Source: Candidatus Daviesbacteria bacterium
Lineage (GTDB): Bacteria; Patescibacteriota; Microgenomatia; Daviesbacterales; UBA10151
Length of the DNA stretch: 64,000 nucleotides
Direction: 5' to 3'
Assembly (NCBI GenBank): GCA_028715175.1
Contig: JAQUSJ010000001.1
Span: 71,760 to 135,759 of the forward strand
The first letter of the stretch is position 1. Every line of letters begins with the position of its first letter. Position numbers and translations under genes: made by a program. The notes under the pieces were generated by a model. The model was not told the DNA's origin and made no database searches. It was given only the letters and a program-made list of their open reading frames with translations. Of this stretch, positions 1 to 9,758 are shown in pieces.

Positions 1-363
1 TTAGTTGATAGCGCATGGCAGATATTTTTGAAATCTCCGCTTTATGGTGTTGGTTTGAATAATTTTATTCCGGTGCAAGCTTCCGATTTAATTGCAGGTC
101 CAAACAGGTTTTTGCAACCAGTCCATAATATTTTTCTGCTGGCTTTGTCTGAAACAGGCATAATTGGTCTGATTGGACTAATAAGTCTAATTGGATTTCC
201 CTTTTTGTCATCCCGACGAATGTCGGGATCCATAAATAAAATGACAATTTTGTGGCTTCTTATTCTTTTTCTGGGTATGTTTGATCATTATTTTTTGACT
301 CTGCCGCAAGGATACAGGATATTATTTTTAATATGGGGATTATCATTCTCCATGGTAAAATAA
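1..363 (+). CDS. O-antigen ligase/Wzy_C-family membrane protein, C-terminal part (starts before window)
   Basis: PLYGVGLNNF and PVHNIFLLALSETGIIG motifs typical of Wzy_C/WaaL; next to a flippase. Confidence 0.75.
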   Translation, partial: LVDSAWQIFLKSPLYGVGLNNFIPVQASDLIAGPNRFLQPVHNIFLLALSETGIIGLIGLISLIGFPFLSSRRMSGSINKMTILWLLILFLGMFDHYFLTLPQGYRILFLIWGLSFSMVK

Positions 364-367
364 TCCG

Positions 368-1582
368 GTGAACAGTATCTTTAAGACAATTCTTAAACAA
401 ACTTTTTGGCAGCTGCTGGGTAAGATTATCACTTCCCTTTCCACTTTTATAATTCTGGGACTGGTTGCGAGAAGTTACGGAAAAGAAGGAACAGGAACTT
501 TTACACTTGCTTTAACGTACCTCGCGATATTTTACCTTATATCTGATTTTGGATTTAATGCCCATGTTTTATCCAGCGCGCATGGTATAGAGCACAGGGT
601 ACAAAAAGAATGGAATAAATTACTGGGAACAAGAATTATCTGGTCCGGGATTCTGGTAATTCTGGCAGTCGGACTCTTGCCGTTTTGGCCATTTAGCACT
701 CCCCAATTTACTCAAGCTGTGTCTTTTGGCAGTTTTGCAATCATTGCTTTTGCAATATTTACTACGTGTAATTTAATTTTTCAAAATAAATTAAGATATG
801 ATCTTTCTGTTTTGGCGTCGATTTCGGGAACATTATTTAGCCTGGTAATTTTTATTGTGCTTATTTTTAATAAATTTTCGGTCCCTTTTTTGCTGATTGC
901 TCACCTGGCCGGCTGGATTGTTATTTCGCTGTCCGCGCTTCTCGTAATGAGGAAATTTTTGCATCATTTAACACCCCTTTTTAACTTTGAATATGCCTTG
1001 TTGCTGTTTAAAAAAAGCTGGCCAATCGGCGCGACGCTGACTTTAAACGTGTTATATTTCAGGGCCGATTCATTTATGATTGCTTATTTCAAATCTGTTG
1101 CAGATGTAGGAATTTATAACATTGCATATTCTATTTTTCAGACGGCGCTTGTTTTGCCGACTTTTGTTATGAATTCATATTATCCAATAATGCTCAAGTC
1201 TTTAGGCGGCGCTAAATCAGTTGCATTGAGTTTTTTGGGGTTTTCTCTCGCCGGCACTGTCTTGACGATTGTTTTATCACCCTTTGTAATATGGGCATTA
1301 ACAGGTGGTGGTTTTTCAGAGTCAATTAAATCTTTACAGATTTTGTCGTTTGGCTTTCCGGCGTACTTTCTTTCTTCTCTGTGTATGTGGATTTTGATTG
1401 CCAAAGGCAACTATAAAAAGACGTTTTTCATTTACACGTCTGGGCTGATTTTGAATTTAATTTTAAATTTTATTTATATACCTCAATACTCATACATTGC
1501 ATCTTCCTGGATAACGGTAATTTCAGAATACGCAATTTTGGGAATGCAAGTTATGGTATTATGGTTCGGAAAGAAAGTTTGA
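368..1582 (+). CDS. Wzx-type polysaccharide flippase
   Basis: Many TM helices; ISDFGF and VGIYNIAY motifs. Confidence 0.8.
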   Translation: MNSIFKTILKQTFWQLLGKIITSLSTFIILGLVARSYGKEGTGTFTLALTYLAIFYLISDFGFNAHVLSSAHGIEHRVQKEWNKLLGTRIIWSGILVILAVGLLPFWPFSTPQFTQAVSFGSFAIIAFAIFTTCNLIFQNKLRYDLSVLASISGTLFSLVIFIVLIFNKFSVPFLLIAHLAGWIVISLSALLVMRKFLHHLTPLFNFEYALLLFKKSWPIGATLTLNVLYFRADSFMIAYFKSVADVGIYNIAYSIFQTALVLPTFVMNSYYPIMLKSLGGAKSVALSFLGFSLAGTVLTIVLSPFVIWALTGGGFSESIKSLQILSFGFPAYFLSSLCMWILIAKGNYKKTFFIYTSGLILNLILNFIYIPQYSYIASSWITVISEYAILGMQVMVLWFGKKV

Positions 1583-1652
1583 TACTAGACTCTAGAAACT
1601 AGATGATAGAATTTGAAGCTAGAGAATTGGAGATAGAAAATTTCAAAATATT

Positions 1653-2060
1653 ATGAAGTTAATAATTTATACAGATGGAGCAGCCCGTGGTAATCCCGGA
1701 CCTGCCAGCTATGGTTTTACTATAGCTGATAGGAGAGGAAAACTCCTTTACCAAGAAGGTAAATATATTGGTGTTGCTACAAATAATGTGGCCGAATATA
1801 CTGCAGTGCTACAAGCGCTTGAATACATCAAGAAACAATATAAAGGTAAGAAGCTGGAAATTGAATTTTATGCTGACTCAAGGCTGGTAGTGGAACAGTT
1901 GTCAGGGAGGTATAAAGTTAAAAGTAAACATCTTAAGCCTATTACTCAGCAGATAAAGATTTTAGCAATTGAACTAGGCGGGGTATTATACAGTCACATA
2001 CCAAGATTCAAAAACTTTGAAGCAGACAGGTTAGCGAATTTAGCCCTCGATTCCCGTTAA
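1653..2060 (+). CDS. rnhA: Ribonuclease HI (archaeal/actinobacterial type)
   Basis: YTDGAARGNPGP, TNNVAEY, DSRLVVEQ, NFEADRLAN catalytic motifs. Confidence 0.92.
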   Translation: MKLIIYTDGAARGNPGPASYGFTIADRRGKLLYQEGKYIGVATNNVAEYTAVLQALEYIKKQYKGKKLEIEFYADSRLVVEQLSGRYKVKSKHLKPITQQIKILAIELGGVLYSHIPRFKNFEADRLANLALDSR

Positions 2061-2118
2061 AATGACATAGAATGTCACCTTTTATCTATATTGAAATTAT
2101 CAAGGATAGTGTTACGAT

Positions 2119-4998
2119 TTGCGCGTGGACGAAAAAGATAAATCTATCAATAGAAAAACTAGCATTTCGCTTTCGCGAAATAGCCCCGTGGCCTTAATTG
2201 TGGGCGCGGGAAGCTTTTTGGGATCTAGCTTATCAGATAAGCTGTTGGATAAAGGAATACAGGTTGTCGGGTTGGATGATTTAGAAAATGGCGAAAAGCG
2301 CAATTTAAGAAAGGCGGTTGAGAATAGAAATTTTCACCTGGTAATAGAATCTCCTGATAAGGTTAATCTGGATTTACCGCGACTCGATTATTTATTTATT
2401 ATCCCTTCAGACAAATGGAACCTTCAAAAGGTTTTAGAGCTATTTAAGGAAACTAAATGTAGATGCTTGCTGGTTTCGTCAATCCTGCTTTATGAAAAAG
2501 AACACGAAGATCAAGAAACGAAATTATTAAAGGAGCTGGAAACAAAAATTGCAAAGCATGCCAGCGAATATAAACTAAACGCAAGAATTTTAAGACTGGG
2601 TCCTGTTTATGGTCCAAGGATGAATTTTAAAACCAGGGATCCTTTGATAAAGTTAATTCAACAGAGTTTAACAGGGGAGTTACAAAAACAGGTTTCACTG
2701 GAATTTTCCTCAAGGGCGCTTTTTATTTCCGATGCAGTTGATTTGGCAGTCAAGACTATTTTTTCCGGCGCCACTTCACAAAAAATCTTTGACGGAGTAC
2801 TGCCCACTCCGATCAAGATTTCGGAAGCAAAACAAGTGCTGCTGGACCCCGTTTGGCATGAAAGTCGCGGGTTTAGCCTTTCTGAGCTTCCGCCCTGGCC
2901 AACGCCTAATTTGGATAAAACTATTAAACTTTTAAACTGGAACCCCCGAGCGAAACTGGTGACAAGCTTAAAAGAGACCTTAAAGTTTTTTAAGGATAAC
3001 GAGATTCAAGTACCAAAATTGGAAGATGGAGGATTGAAACTTGAAGATGAAAGAGAAGAGGATAAATGGCGGGAAGAAAAACAGGAGGATTTGACGGCGT
3101 TCAAACAAACAACCGGGACATCCGGTGAAAAATCAAAAAAGGGAATACGTCTATTTAAATATCTATTTCCTTTATCAAAAATATACTTATTTTTAGTGAT
3201 CGCTCTGGTGACATATGCGATTTTGTGGCCCGGTTTAATTTTCGGGTGGGGTATTTTTACTTTCAGCAGTCAATTAAATGAGGGCTTTAAGAATTTGCAA
3301 AAAGGGGATTTTGAAAAAAGTCTTATGAATGTTCATATAGCCAACAGCCGGGTAAAGGCGGCAAAATCAATATTCGACAGTCTGGAACCGGTCAAAAAAA
3401 CAGGCTGGTTTGATAGCGGGTTTGCGACGGGTGAAAATTTATTTGATTTATCATTTCTGTCAGCTGATGCAGCTAAAAATACAATCTTAGGGGTCCAATC
3501 GCTTTTGCAAAGTTTAAAGGCGGTAACAGGCGAAAAGACAGAGTCTCCTTCGGAATATTTTGATTCTGCGCAAATCGCGCTAAACTTGGCAGCGGAGGAT
3601 CTTGCAAAAGCAAATGCGCTTTTGAAAGAAAAAAACTTCAGGCAACAACTGCCAAAGATTTTTTCCCCGCGAATCGAAAATATGGCAAGGGAAATTTCAC
3701 TTTATACAAACTTAGTAGGTAAGGCTCAGGCAATGAGCATCCTTCTTCCGAAGTTGACAGGGTTGGATGGCAGTAAAGCTTATTTAATACTGCTGCAAAA
3801 TAATATGGAGCTTCGCCCGGGCGGGGGATTCATCGGGTCTTTCGCCAAAGTTTCCTTTGAGGGAGGCAAGCTAAAAAATTTAGATGTTAATGATATCTAC
3901 GCAATAGACGGACTTTTGAGTATTCATGTTGAACCGCCAAAAGAAATCAAGGAAGATTTGGGTCAAAAAGACTGGTTTTTGCGAGACTGCAACTGGGAAC
4001 CGGATTTTCCTACCAGCGCCCGGCAAGCCGAGTGGTTTTATACCAAAGAAACAGGGGAGAGGGTTGAGGGTGTGGTGGCCTTGGATGTTTCGGCAATTGA
4101 GGGATTATTAGATATTGTCGGACCGCTGGATTTACCGGATTACAACGAAAAAATTACAGCCGATAACCTGTTTGAAAGAGCGATATCTCATTCGGAACTC
4201 AGTTTTTTCCCTGGATCACAGGCCAAAAAAAGCTTTCTAACGGCCCTAGCAAATCAACTGTTTAATAAAATATTCTTTTTACCTCAAAACAACTGGCCCG
4301 GGATTATCTCGGCACTGGGTAAAGGTTTGGACGAAAAACATATCAGTATTTATTTAAACGATACAAAGCTGTTTTCGTATTTGGCAGCGCAGCGCTGGAT
4401 ACATGATCTACCGCGACAATCAACCCGGGAAAATGATTTTTTGAGCGTAGTTGAAGCAAATTTGGGGGCAAATAAAGCCAATTATTATCTTGATAAAAAC
4501 TACAAGCTGGAAACCGTTGTCGGCAAAGATGGGGAAATTCAACACCGGTTGCGTATAAATTATATTAACAGGAGTCCTTCGGATGCTTTCCCGGGTGGAA
4601 AATATAAAAACAGGATGCGTATTTATCTGCCGTTTGGCAGCAAGCTAACAAGGGCTTTATGGGGCGAAGGGGATATTACCAAAGATGTAACTGGTTTTGT
4701 AGATTACGGCAGGTCAGGCTATTCTATGCTTTTGGAGCTTTTGCCTAAAGAACAAAAGACTCTTGTGTTGGACTACTCGGTGCCTGTGAAATTAGAGTTT
4801 CAGGATGGGAAAACAAATTACAGGTTGGATATTATTAAACAGGCAGGCACATTGAAAGATCCATTGCAGTGGACCATCACTTATCCGATTAACTATCAAC
4901 TAGTGTCATCCCAAGTGAGTAAAATCGGCCCACAGGAACAAATCATTCAAACAGATCTATCCAAAGATCGAAGTTTTGAGGTAGAATTTAAAAAATGA
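2119..4998 (+). CDS. Fusion of NAD-dependent epimerase/dehydratase-like domain, TM helix and DUF4012 domain
   Basis: N-terminal GAGSFLGS Rossmann motif and VYGP; C-terminal LLQNNMELRPGGGFIGS, RDCNWEPDFP, NLGANKAN. Confidence 0.75.
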   Translation: MRVDEKDKSINRKTSISLSRNSPVALIVGAGSFLGSSLSDKLLDKGIQVVGLDDLENGEKRNLRKAVENRNFHLVIESPDKVNLDLPRLDYLFIIPSDKWNLQKVLELFKETKCRCLLVSSILLYEKEHEDQETKLLKELETKIAKHASEYKLNARILRLGPVYGPRMNFKTRDPLIKLIQQSLTGELQKQVSLEFSSRALFISDAVDLAVKTIFSGATSQKIFDGVLPTPIKISEAKQVLLDPVWHESRGFSLSELPPWPTPNLDKTIKLLNWNPRAKLVTSLKETLKFFKDNEIQVPKLEDGGLKLEDEREEDKWREEKQEDLTAFKQTTGTSGEKSKKGIRLFKYLFPLSKIYLFLVIALVTYAILWPGLIFGWGIFTFSSQLNEGFKNLQKGDFEKSLMNVHIANSRVKAAKSIFDSLEPVKKTGWFDSGFATGENLFDLSFLSADAAKNTILGVQSLLQSLKAVTGEKTESPSEYFDSAQIALNLAAEDLAKANALLKEKNFRQQLPKIFSPRIENMAREISLYTNLVGKAQAMSILLPKLTGLDGSKAYLILLQNNMELRPGGGFIGSFAKVSFEGGKLKNLDVNDIYAIDGLLSIHVEPPKEIKEDLGQKDWFLRDCNWEPDFPTSARQAEWFYTKETGERVEGVVALDVSAIEGLLDIVGPLDLPDYNEKITADNLFERAISHSELSFFPGSQAKKSFLTALANQLFNKIFFLPQNNWPGIISALGKGLDEKHISIYLNDTKLFSYLAAQRWIHDLPRQSTRENDFLSVVEANLGANKANYYLDKNYKLETVVGKDGEIQHRLRINYINRSPSDAFPGGKYKNRMRIYLPFGSKLTRALWGEGDITKDVTGFVDYGRSGYSMLLELLPKEQKTLVLDYSVPVKLEFQDGKTNYRLDIIKQAGTLKDPLQWTITYPINYQLVSSQVSKIGPQEQIIQTDLSKDRSFEVEFKK

Positions 4999-5255
4999 AT
5001 AATATTCCTACTGAAACTTTGGGGTTAATTGCAGGAGGGTTTGTGGTTTTTGCCTCATTGCCTCAGATTTTAAAAATTATTAAAACTAAAAGAACAACCG
5101 ATATTTCGCTTCCCATGTATATTGCTTTAAATATAGGCACGTTTCTGTGGTTAGTGTATGGTTTTTTGACACAACAGATGGCATTAATCATTACAAATGT
5201 TATCTTTCAAATTTTTAACCTGACAATTCTATTTCTTAAGATTAAACACGGATAA
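4995..5255 (+). CDS. SemiSWEET/PQ-loop transporter
   Basis: 86 aa, 3 TM, LPQILK...DISL, LWLVYG. Confidence 0.85.
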   Translation: MNNIPTETLGLIAGGFVVFASLPQILKIIKTKRTTDISLPMYIALNIGTFLWLVYGFLTQQMALIITNVIFQIFNLTILFLKIKHG

Positions 5256-5304
5256 TCAAGCGACCCTTGCCGGGCAAGCTCAAATATGGTAAATTACCAA
5301 GATT

Positions 5305-6057
5305 ATGGATAGATTAAGTTTGAAAGCCGAAGAAAGAAAAATTTTAGGCAAAAAAGTTAAAAAACTACGTCAAGACGGCCAACTCCCGGGTCATGTCTTT
5401 GGCAAGGGAGTGGAAAGCGAATCAGTTTGCGTTGATGGAAAAACATTCTTAAAAACTTTCAAAGAAGCAGGGGAAACCGGTTTAATTGATTTGAAGATTG
5501 GGGCTGAGAAGGTCAGGCCGGTAATGGTGCGGGGAGTGCAATATGATCCTGTTTCAGGTGAGCCCATACATATTGATTTTTATCAAGTCAATTTAAGCGA
5601 AAAAGTTAAGGTCCCGGTGCCCTTAGTTTTAATTGGGGAACAGCCGGAATCGGTTAAATTAGGAGAGACCATTGTTCTGCAAACCTTAAACGAGATTGAG
5701 GTGGAAGCTTTACCAACAGATCTGGTGGAGAAAATTGAGGTAGATATTTCTTCTTTGCAAAATATTGATGATGCCATAACTGTTGGGCAGCTGCAATTTG
5801 ATAAAGATAAGTTAACAATTCAGGTTCCGGGAGAAGAGATTGTGGTAAAACTGGCTCCTGCTGTGACAGCAGAGATGGAGAAACTCTTGGAAGAGCAAGC
5901 TGCGGAAGCTGCGGCTGTGGCTGCTGAAACAGGAGCAGAAGAAACTGAAGCAGGAGCTGTGCCTGCGGAAGGCGAAGTTCCGGTTGAAGGAGAAGTAGCT
6001 GAACAAAAAACTGAAGCTGGAGAGCAGGAATCAACCGAAGAATCTTCAGCAGAATAA
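5305..6057 (+). CDS. rplY: 50S ribosomal protein L25/Ctc with acidic tail
   Basis: LRQDGQLPGHVFG, HIDFY, IEVEALP. Confidence 0.95.
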   Translation: MDRLSLKAEERKILGKKVKKLRQDGQLPGHVFGKGVESESVCVDGKTFLKTFKEAGETGLIDLKIGAEKVRPVMVRGVQYDPVSGEPIHIDFYQVNLSEKVKVPVPLVLIGEQPESVKLGETIVLQTLNEIEVEALPTDLVEKIEVDISSLQNIDDAITVGQLQFDKDKLTIQVPGEEIVVKLAPAVTAEMEKLLEEQAAEAAAVAAETGAEETEAGAVPAEGEVPVEGEVAEQKTEAGEQESTEESSAE

Positions 6058-6070
6058 TCTACACACTTGT

Positions 6071-6508
6071 ATGCATCACGTAGAGCAAGGAAATCCATTT
6101 TATATCTTTCATTGTCCTCGCGCGGCGTTCACTCTAGCAGATATTGGTGGAACTCCATTTGGCGATGAATCAGAGAGGTCAAGCGTTTTCTCGGCTTTAA
6201 TCCAACCTGGAGTTGTAGTTATCGCCACGATAGATACGAATAATGATGTTGAGCAGCTTGCCCCAGATACATATGTCCGGTGTATAAGCACAGGCTACTA
6301 TTTATTAGGCTGTTGGCATCGCAGATTGGATGGTAATGGTTCTTATCTTTTCTATCCAGATGTTACTGAGTTTAGACCTGAGATGATATTAACTGGTTCT
6401 GATATGGTAATGTTTACCAGAAGACATCAAAAATTTAATGATAAAAGTATACCTTATCATAGAATATATCAATTATATTGTGTTTTTGATGCGGCTAATC
6501 TGCGTTAA
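6071..6508 (+). CDS. Hypothetical orphan protein
   Basis: 145-aa ORF filling the gap after rplY; no recognisable motif. Confidence 0.5.
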   Translation: MHHVEQGNPFYIFHCPRAAFTLADIGGTPFGDESERSSVFSALIQPGVVVIATIDTNNDVEQLAPDTYVRCISTGYYLLGCWHRRLDGNGSYLFYPDVTEFRPEMILTGSDMVMFTRRHQKFNDKSIPYHRIYQLYCVFDAANLR

Positions 6509-6562
6509 TTTTGCGGGAATTGGATCCAAAAAGTAACAAGTAACAGGTTTTTAAGTAACAAG

Positions 6563-6841
6563 TTATTTTTGAGAGAGAAAAAGCTTCCAGATGATACGAC
6601 CGGTTTCTTCACGAAGCAACATTATTTCATTATACCGATCTTGTCGTATAAATTTCCTTTTAAAAGCAAAATCCAATAAGTATTCTGTTTCTGCTAAAGA
6701 ACCTAAAGCAATAGATAAGAAACGATGGAATTCCTTCCTATTGTTTCTAGCATGGCCTTCGACTATATTCGTAGGTACAGAAAGAGCAGCTCTTTGTAAC
6801 TGTGACACCAGTCCAAATAATTCCTTATTATTACTTGTCAC
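6563..6841 (-). pseudogene. Four-helix-bundle (23S rRNA IVP/bAvd-like) protein, apparently N-terminally truncated
   Basis: ELFGLVSQLQRAALSVPTNIVEG...FLSIALGSLAET signature; usual first helix is missing; flanked by GTAACAA/TTGTTAC heptamers. Confidence 0.7.
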
Positions 6842-6852
6842 TTTTGTACTTG

Positions 6853-9006
6853 TTACTCAGTGGCTTTTGGCCACGATGTTACCATAATAGACTTGCCTTG
6901 ATGAGGCAATCTCTGCCAGAGCTCTTCTGTGATAAAGGGCATAAATGGATGTAAAAGCTCTAAACAAGTCCTGAAAACATATTCCAAAACAGGTTGAGCT
7001 TCGGCTCGTCGGTCTTTGGTGGATTCAATATACTTGTCTGCAAACTCATGCCAGATGAATTCATAAAGGGTATCTGCTGCATCATGAAACCGGTAAGAAT
7101 TGATAGCTTTTGAGGTGACTTCTATAGTTTTGGATAATTTTTCCAGGATATCCTCATCGTCCGGATTTATATTGTCATTCTGGGGAGCGTTAGCGACTCT
7201 AGAATCTGATTCTGGACAAGCCAGAATGACAGAGGGGTTTAGATGTTTTGCGTCATCCGGAGCAAAGTCAACGATAAATCTGCCGATATTCCAAAGTTTA
7301 TTGGTAAAGTTTCTCATGGCTTGCAGTTTAGGGTGCGAGAGGGATTGATCATGGCCAAAAGCAGTGCCATATACTAAAGCTAATCTGGCAGCATCTGCCC
7401 CGTATTGATCGGCAATATCCATAGGTGAAACCACATTATTTTTGGATTTGCTCATTTTTTTACCCAACGGATCAAGGACCATACCATGCAAAACAATATC
7501 CTCAAATGGAATTTTGCCTGTTGCATAAATTCCCATCATGACCATCCTGGCCACCCAGAAAAATAAAATATCACGGCCGGTTTCCATGATTGTAGTGGGA
7601 TAAAATTTTTCAAAATCCCCTGGGCGTGTGGTTTGTAAAGTAGCGAAGGGCCACTGACCGGATGAAAACCAGGTATCAAAAACATCTGGGTCTCTTTCCA
7701 ATAATTTACTGTTACAGTTAGGACATTTTGGCGGAGTTTCCCCTTCAGTGACTATCCATTGGTCGCAACCGTTGCAAAACCAGGCCGGGATTTGTATGCC
7801 CCAGACAATTTGGCGGGAGATATTCCAGTCTTTGATATTTTTTAACCAGTTAAAGTAAGTCTTTTCAAAATTCTTGGGGTAGATTTTAATTTCACCTTTT
7901 TTAATAACCTCGATGGCCGCTTTAGCCAGCTCTGCCGTTTTAATAAACCATTGCTCCGAGGGCAGTGGTTCTATTTCAGTGCCGCATTTATAACAAACAC
8001 CGACCCGGTTTTTATAATTTTCATCTATTTTTTCAATTAAGTTCTTTTCCAGCATTTCTTTGGCAATGGCTGCTCGAGCCTCTTTTACAGTCATGCCGGA
8101 AAATTTGCCGGTTTTCTCATTTAACCTGCCGTCATAGCCAATCACTTGCCGGATTTCTAAATTATGCCGTTGTCCTATTTCAAAATCCAACATAGAATGA
8201 GCAGGGGTGACTTTGATAACTCCGGTTCCAAATTCCGGATCAACTGCGCTGTCAGCAATAACTTTGATTTTGGCGGGTCCCAGGACTGTTTCTATATCAA
8301 TTATTTTGCCAATGTATTTTTGGTAGCGGGAATCATCAGGGTGTACTGCCACGGCAGTATCACCGAATTTGGTTTCCAGCCTGGTGGTAGCCAGTGTCAG
8401 TGGTCCGTATTTAATGTAGTAAAGTGGGCTAATTCGGTCTTCGTATAGAACTTCCAGGTCAGAAAAGCTGGTGCCGTGTTTGGTGCAGAAGTTGACAATC
8501 CGGTTCCCCCGATAAACCAAACCGTCGTCAAACATTTTTTTAAAAGTCTTGTAAACAATTTTGATAATGTCCGGATCAAGGGTAAATTTCTCTCTTGACC
8601 AATCCAGGGAAAAGCCTAATCTACGCAGTTGTCCCTCCATTTCGCCTTTATTGTTTTGGACAAAATCCCAAATCATTTGGTAAAGCGTTTCTCGGTCAAA
8701 ATCAAAACGGGATTTGCCCTTTTTTTCCAGCTCTTTTTCAAAAACCACTTGAGTTTCAAATCCGGCATGGTCTGAACCAGGTAACCAGAGAGCTGAATCA
8801 CCCAACATGCGGTGAAATCTTATTAAAATATCCTCTACCACATACATGGCATGGCCAAAATGCAAGGGAGCATTGGCATTGGGAGGGGGAAGGATGATAG
8901 TGTAAGGTCTGCCTTTAGGGTGTATTTCAGGTTTAAAAAACCCCAGACCTTCCCAAAATTTATACCATTTAGATTCTACTTTTGTTTGGTCATAAGTTTT
9001 ATCCAT
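6853..9006 (-). CDS. valS: Valine--tRNA ligase (short form, no C-terminal coiled coil)
   Basis: PPPNANAPLHFGHA, WNISRQ, DTWFSS, KMSKS. Confidence 0.97.
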   Translation of the reverse strand: MDKTYDQTKVESKWYKFWEGLGFFKPEIHPKGRPYTIILPPPNANAPLHFGHAMYVVEDILIRFHRMLGDSALWLPGSDHAGFETQVVFEKELEKKGKSRFDFDRETLYQMIWDFVQNNKGEMEGQLRRLGFSLDWSREKFTLDPDIIKIVYKTFKKMFDDGLVYRGNRIVNFCTKHGTSFSDLEVLYEDRISPLYYIKYGPLTLATTRLETKFGDTAVAVHPDDSRYQKYIGKIIDIETVLGPAKIKVIADSAVDPEFGTGVIKVTPAHSMLDFEIGQRHNLEIRQVIGYDGRLNEKTGKFSGMTVKEARAAIAKEMLEKNLIEKIDENYKNRVGVCYKCGTEIEPLPSEQWFIKTAELAKAAIEVIKKGEIKIYPKNFEKTYFNWLKNIKDWNISRQIVWGIQIPAWFCNGCDQWIVTEGETPPKCPNCNSKLLERDPDVFDTWFSSGQWPFATLQTTRPGDFEKFYPTTIMETGRDILFFWVARMVMMGIYATGKIPFEDIVLHGMVLDPLGKKMSKSKNNVVSPMDIADQYGADAARLALVYGTAFGHDQSLSHPKLQAMRNFTNKLWNIGRFIVDFAPDDAKHLNPSVILACPESDSRVANAPQNDNINPDDEDILEKLSKTIEVTSKAINSYRFHDAADTLYEFIWHEFADKYIESTKDRRAEAQPVLEYVFRTCLELLHPFMPFITEELWQRLPHQGKSIMVTSWPKATE

Positions 9007-9027
9007 GGAGTAAGTATAGAGGTAAGC

Positions 9028-9381
9028 CTAGTTTTGGTCAATTAGAGAGTAGGGATAAGGGAGTTTTTCAAGTTTCACCCATTCCCATTGGTCCATAAGA
9101 TGAGCAGGACTAGAGATAAGCGGGTCAACTAGAGTATCAGGAAAAAAGCAGAAGCGGCGTCGGGCAAGGTAATTACAGGAAACAGGGATTTCATCCAAAT
9201 CAAAAGTTTCACGACGCCCATTTAGTAAACGAACTACCATGAAACGGTTACCATCATTGTCGGTCAATATCCAATAGCGACTACAATAAATGTGATTTCG
9301 GCCTAAAATGTCGGTCGAGATATGATCTTCGCTCCCTACTAAATGTTCTTGAGATTCTTCTCCGATGTTTTCTATCCCCAT
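9028..9381 (-). CDS. Hypothetical orphan protein
   Basis: 117-aa ORF between tsaD and valS. Confidence 0.5.
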   Translation of the reverse strand: MGIENIGEESQEHLVGSEDHISTDILGRNHIYCSRYWILTDNDGNRFMVVRLLNGRRETFDLDEIPVSCNYLARRRFCFFPDTLVDPLISSPAHLMDQWEWVKLEKLPYPYSLIDQN

Positions 9382-9411
9382 AAAATAGGCCCAAGGAGCA
9401 GTAAGGGAATT

Positions 9412-9696
9412 TTAAAAATTGATTGAGGTCATGTCAAGTTTAGTATTGTAAAGTCTAGTCAATGTTGGTTCGCGTCGACTACCGCCACAAGCGTAGGCGT
9501 CTTGTTGTATTGTAGCTCTCTTCCCAGAAGAAAATCCGTATCTTATTAAGATTCGGTCTCCTGGATCAAGTTGGACACAAGCCCCGGGGGTTCTTAAAAA
9601 TGCATTATTCTTGCCTCTAATAACAGAAGCGTTTGGTATTTTAGACCAGTTGTTAGGCGGACGATAAAATACTACATCAGACAACTCTTTCTCCAT
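9412..9696 (-). CDS. Hypothetical orphan protein
   Basis: 94-aa ORF; shares upstream motif with the 9028-9381 ORF. Confidence 0.5.
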   Translation of the reverse strand: MEKELSDVVFYRPPNNWSKIPNASVIRGKNNAFLRTPGACVQLDPGDRILIRYGFSSGKRATIQQDAYACGGSRREPTLTRLYNTKLDMTSINF

Positions 9697-9758
9697 AAAA
9701 ATAGGCCCTTATGGGGCTTTATGAATAAAGTATAGCATTGTGTTTTAAGAGATTCAAG

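Noticed and set aside
6563-6841. Avd of a diversity-generating retroelement
   Set aside because: No reverse transcriptase or TR/VR pair with adenine-specific mismatches seen.
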